From positions 33,232,001 to 33,296,000 of the forward strand of contig CM060734.1 of NCBI GenBank assembly GCA_030704615.1: a stretch of 64,000 bases of DNA. Reading direction: 5' to 3'. Position numbers and translations under genes: made by a program. Source of the DNA: Takakia lepidozioides (lineage: Eukaryota > Plantae > Bryophyta). Below are positions 61,840 through 64,000 of the stretch, piece after piece (the stretch's first letter is position 1; each line of letters begins with the position of its first letter). The notes below the pieces were generated by a model. It searched no databases. It had not been told where the DNA came from and saw only the letters and a list, made by a program, of their open reading frames with translations.

Positions 61840-64000
61840 CCTTTGAAACCTACCTACACACAATTCCTCGAAAACAAGACTGTGCAATCACACGTCTCTT
61901 GTGCACTGCGGATGTGTGCCCACCACTCCTCTCTCTCTCGCTCTCTCTCCTGGGCATCTCTCTTTTGCTTTTTTTTCCAATGAAACCTTGAGGGGGAACA
62001 TTTTTCTTTTGTTTTAAAATGTTTTAAAATAAGTTGGCCTTTCCAAAAAGTACGTGTTTTTTCATTGGTTTCATTCTTTTTCTTTTTTCTTTTTTCTTTT
62101 GTTGCTAAATTCCAAAGGGAAAGCACCTGGGAGCGACAGGAGAAAATAACCTTGGGGGGGAGCCATAAGATCAACAGAGGAGACACTGCTCAGGGACCAG
62201 AGTTCCAAAAAGGTGGTCCTCTCAGAAAACTACAGGGAGCTTCTACAAAGTATCATCTTCAATTGCAGTGCACTAAAAGGAATTGAAAATGGAACCTGGC
62301 TCCCTACAATTCAGGCTTTTTGTTTTTTAAAGGCTTTTATTATCCACAATGTGATTTGTTTTTTTTAAACAAAAAAAAAAAACACATGGGCACTGCTACA
62401 TGCCACCGAGGCGGTTCTGGGCTCAAATCTTGAATAACTCCTTGTGCTTTCAAATTTACAAAAACTTTATTTCCTAGCCTTCCTTGAGGTGCTTGGTTTA
62501 TATTGAAGAGGTGAGGGGGGGAGGGGGGTTGTTTAAGAGCTAGTAGAGGTCTCCTCGGGTCCAATAGTGTATGGGTAGTTTACTGTGCGGAAGGTGGCCA
62601 TGAAGTAATTTGTGAGTTGGAAAGCGCTGAGGGGAGCTCCAACAGTGCATGGTTCACTAGTCATTGAAGAAAGGTGAGCAGTGCAAGTTTTATTAATTGG
62701 CATGCTGCATGCAGATGCACTCCTAGCAGTAATATTATGTAGAGTATATCGAGGAAGGGAATGAAGTGCGCGGTGTCTCTGTTTCTCTGAAAGTAGTTCT
62801 CTCAGATCTCTCACCCTACTAGAGAAACAGTCATTGAATCGAGTAGGATTACTAGTGGTTAGTTTGAAATGGAGTGATCAAGTCGAGTGAGAATGGAGAA
62901 GCTCATAAGCTGGATGGAAGGATCTAATTGACCAATGAGAGAGGGATGATAGCACTATTGAGAACATGGAGGGGAAAACAACAGCTAATTCGCTGTCAAT
63001 AGTAGTCACCTCAGTTCAAACTTCAGGATTGCACACTTATTAGGACATCAGCTAGTTAATTAAAAATAAGAAATTATATTACTTTTAAGAGATTATAATC
63101 GATTTTAATACATACATGTAGGATTGAGGATTGATTTGGAAAGATCATGTGGCTGTAGTCTTAGCAGCTAAGGAGAAAGGGATTCTTTACTTACATAACA
63201 CTAGGTGAGGATCCCACACTTTATACATAATATATACGGTGTTTCTCAAAACTGCGCCATATTGTTATATAACCTAGTTCCTGACTGATAGCCAAGGGAG
63301 CCGCATGCACCCAGTAGCATCCGCTGATTAATTTCTACTATCTAGTGGTTGACATGTAAGGAGTCTGCATAGTAAAATCCCACCTTCAGTGAAATAAGAG
63401 TGACCTGGTTGGCCGTAGAGAAACAATAATATACTAGCTGACTGATTGGTACTGATAATGGGTCTCCATGAGCAAAACAGGACGTCCAGCTGTTCAATGG
63501 TACGTGACGCTCGACTACAGACCTGAAGTAGTTAACCGACACTATCATGCAGTGTTTGCAGTACAATACCTTGCTATGTACTTCTATCTATACTGAAGTG
63601 AGCAGATGTAGTTCCTATTTATATAATGTAAAGATATTATGGTGGAAATGAGTAGAGTGGTTAAGTTTGCTACGTTAGGCTATTTACTTGCACCTGAATT
63701 TTAGCGTCTGCATTTTGCGCACTCTGCAAGCTCTGAAAAGTGATCAATCAGCTGGCTGCTACTGTGCTACATGAATCCAATATGTTAAACTCTAATTCAC
63801 TTCAATAGTTGGACTATGTGCTCCTTAAGCTGGCCACAGAACTCCTGCTAATAAGCAGAAAATTGTCTGGAAGAGACACCTACATCAATTTAAATAGGAC
63901 ACCCAGGGAATGTAAAGGGCCAAGTAGCTGTCAGTGGAATGGGGAGTCCACCCTGAGACCACCACACCCCGGCCCCTCCACCCGTTGGCCTCCCTTGCAG

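Noticed and set aside
62310-63100. Possible decayed LINE 3' end upstream of the DNAJ gene
   Set aside because: Only T/A-rich runs are visible, with no recognisable protein motif.

Overview
Eukaryotic nuclear DNA, most likely from a non-seed land plant (inferred from GT-AG introns and plant-type gene and TE families). Host genes: an RPL18a-like membrane protein, an intronless TFIIH p62/TFB1, AP-4 sigma, a peroxisomal long-chain acyl-CoA synthetase (LACS6/7 type) and a DNAJC17/Cwf23-type J-protein. These are interspersed with many transposable elements. The highlight is a minus-strand Ty3/Gypsy LTR retrotransposon (1-7952, running off the left edge). Its pol encodes a DNMT3-like C5 cytosine methyltransferase domain (motifs I-IV, VI and VIII-X recognisable) between the aspartic protease and the reverse transcriptase. 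A second, degenerate Gypsy element has a dUTPase-like domain upstream of its RT. A roughly 6 kb probable DNA-transposon remnant carries five copies of a 26-bp palindrome and an intron-containing ParB/Srx-like pseudogene. There are also LINE, Copia and hAT-MITE insertions. All calls come from reading motifs by eye; no database searches were run.
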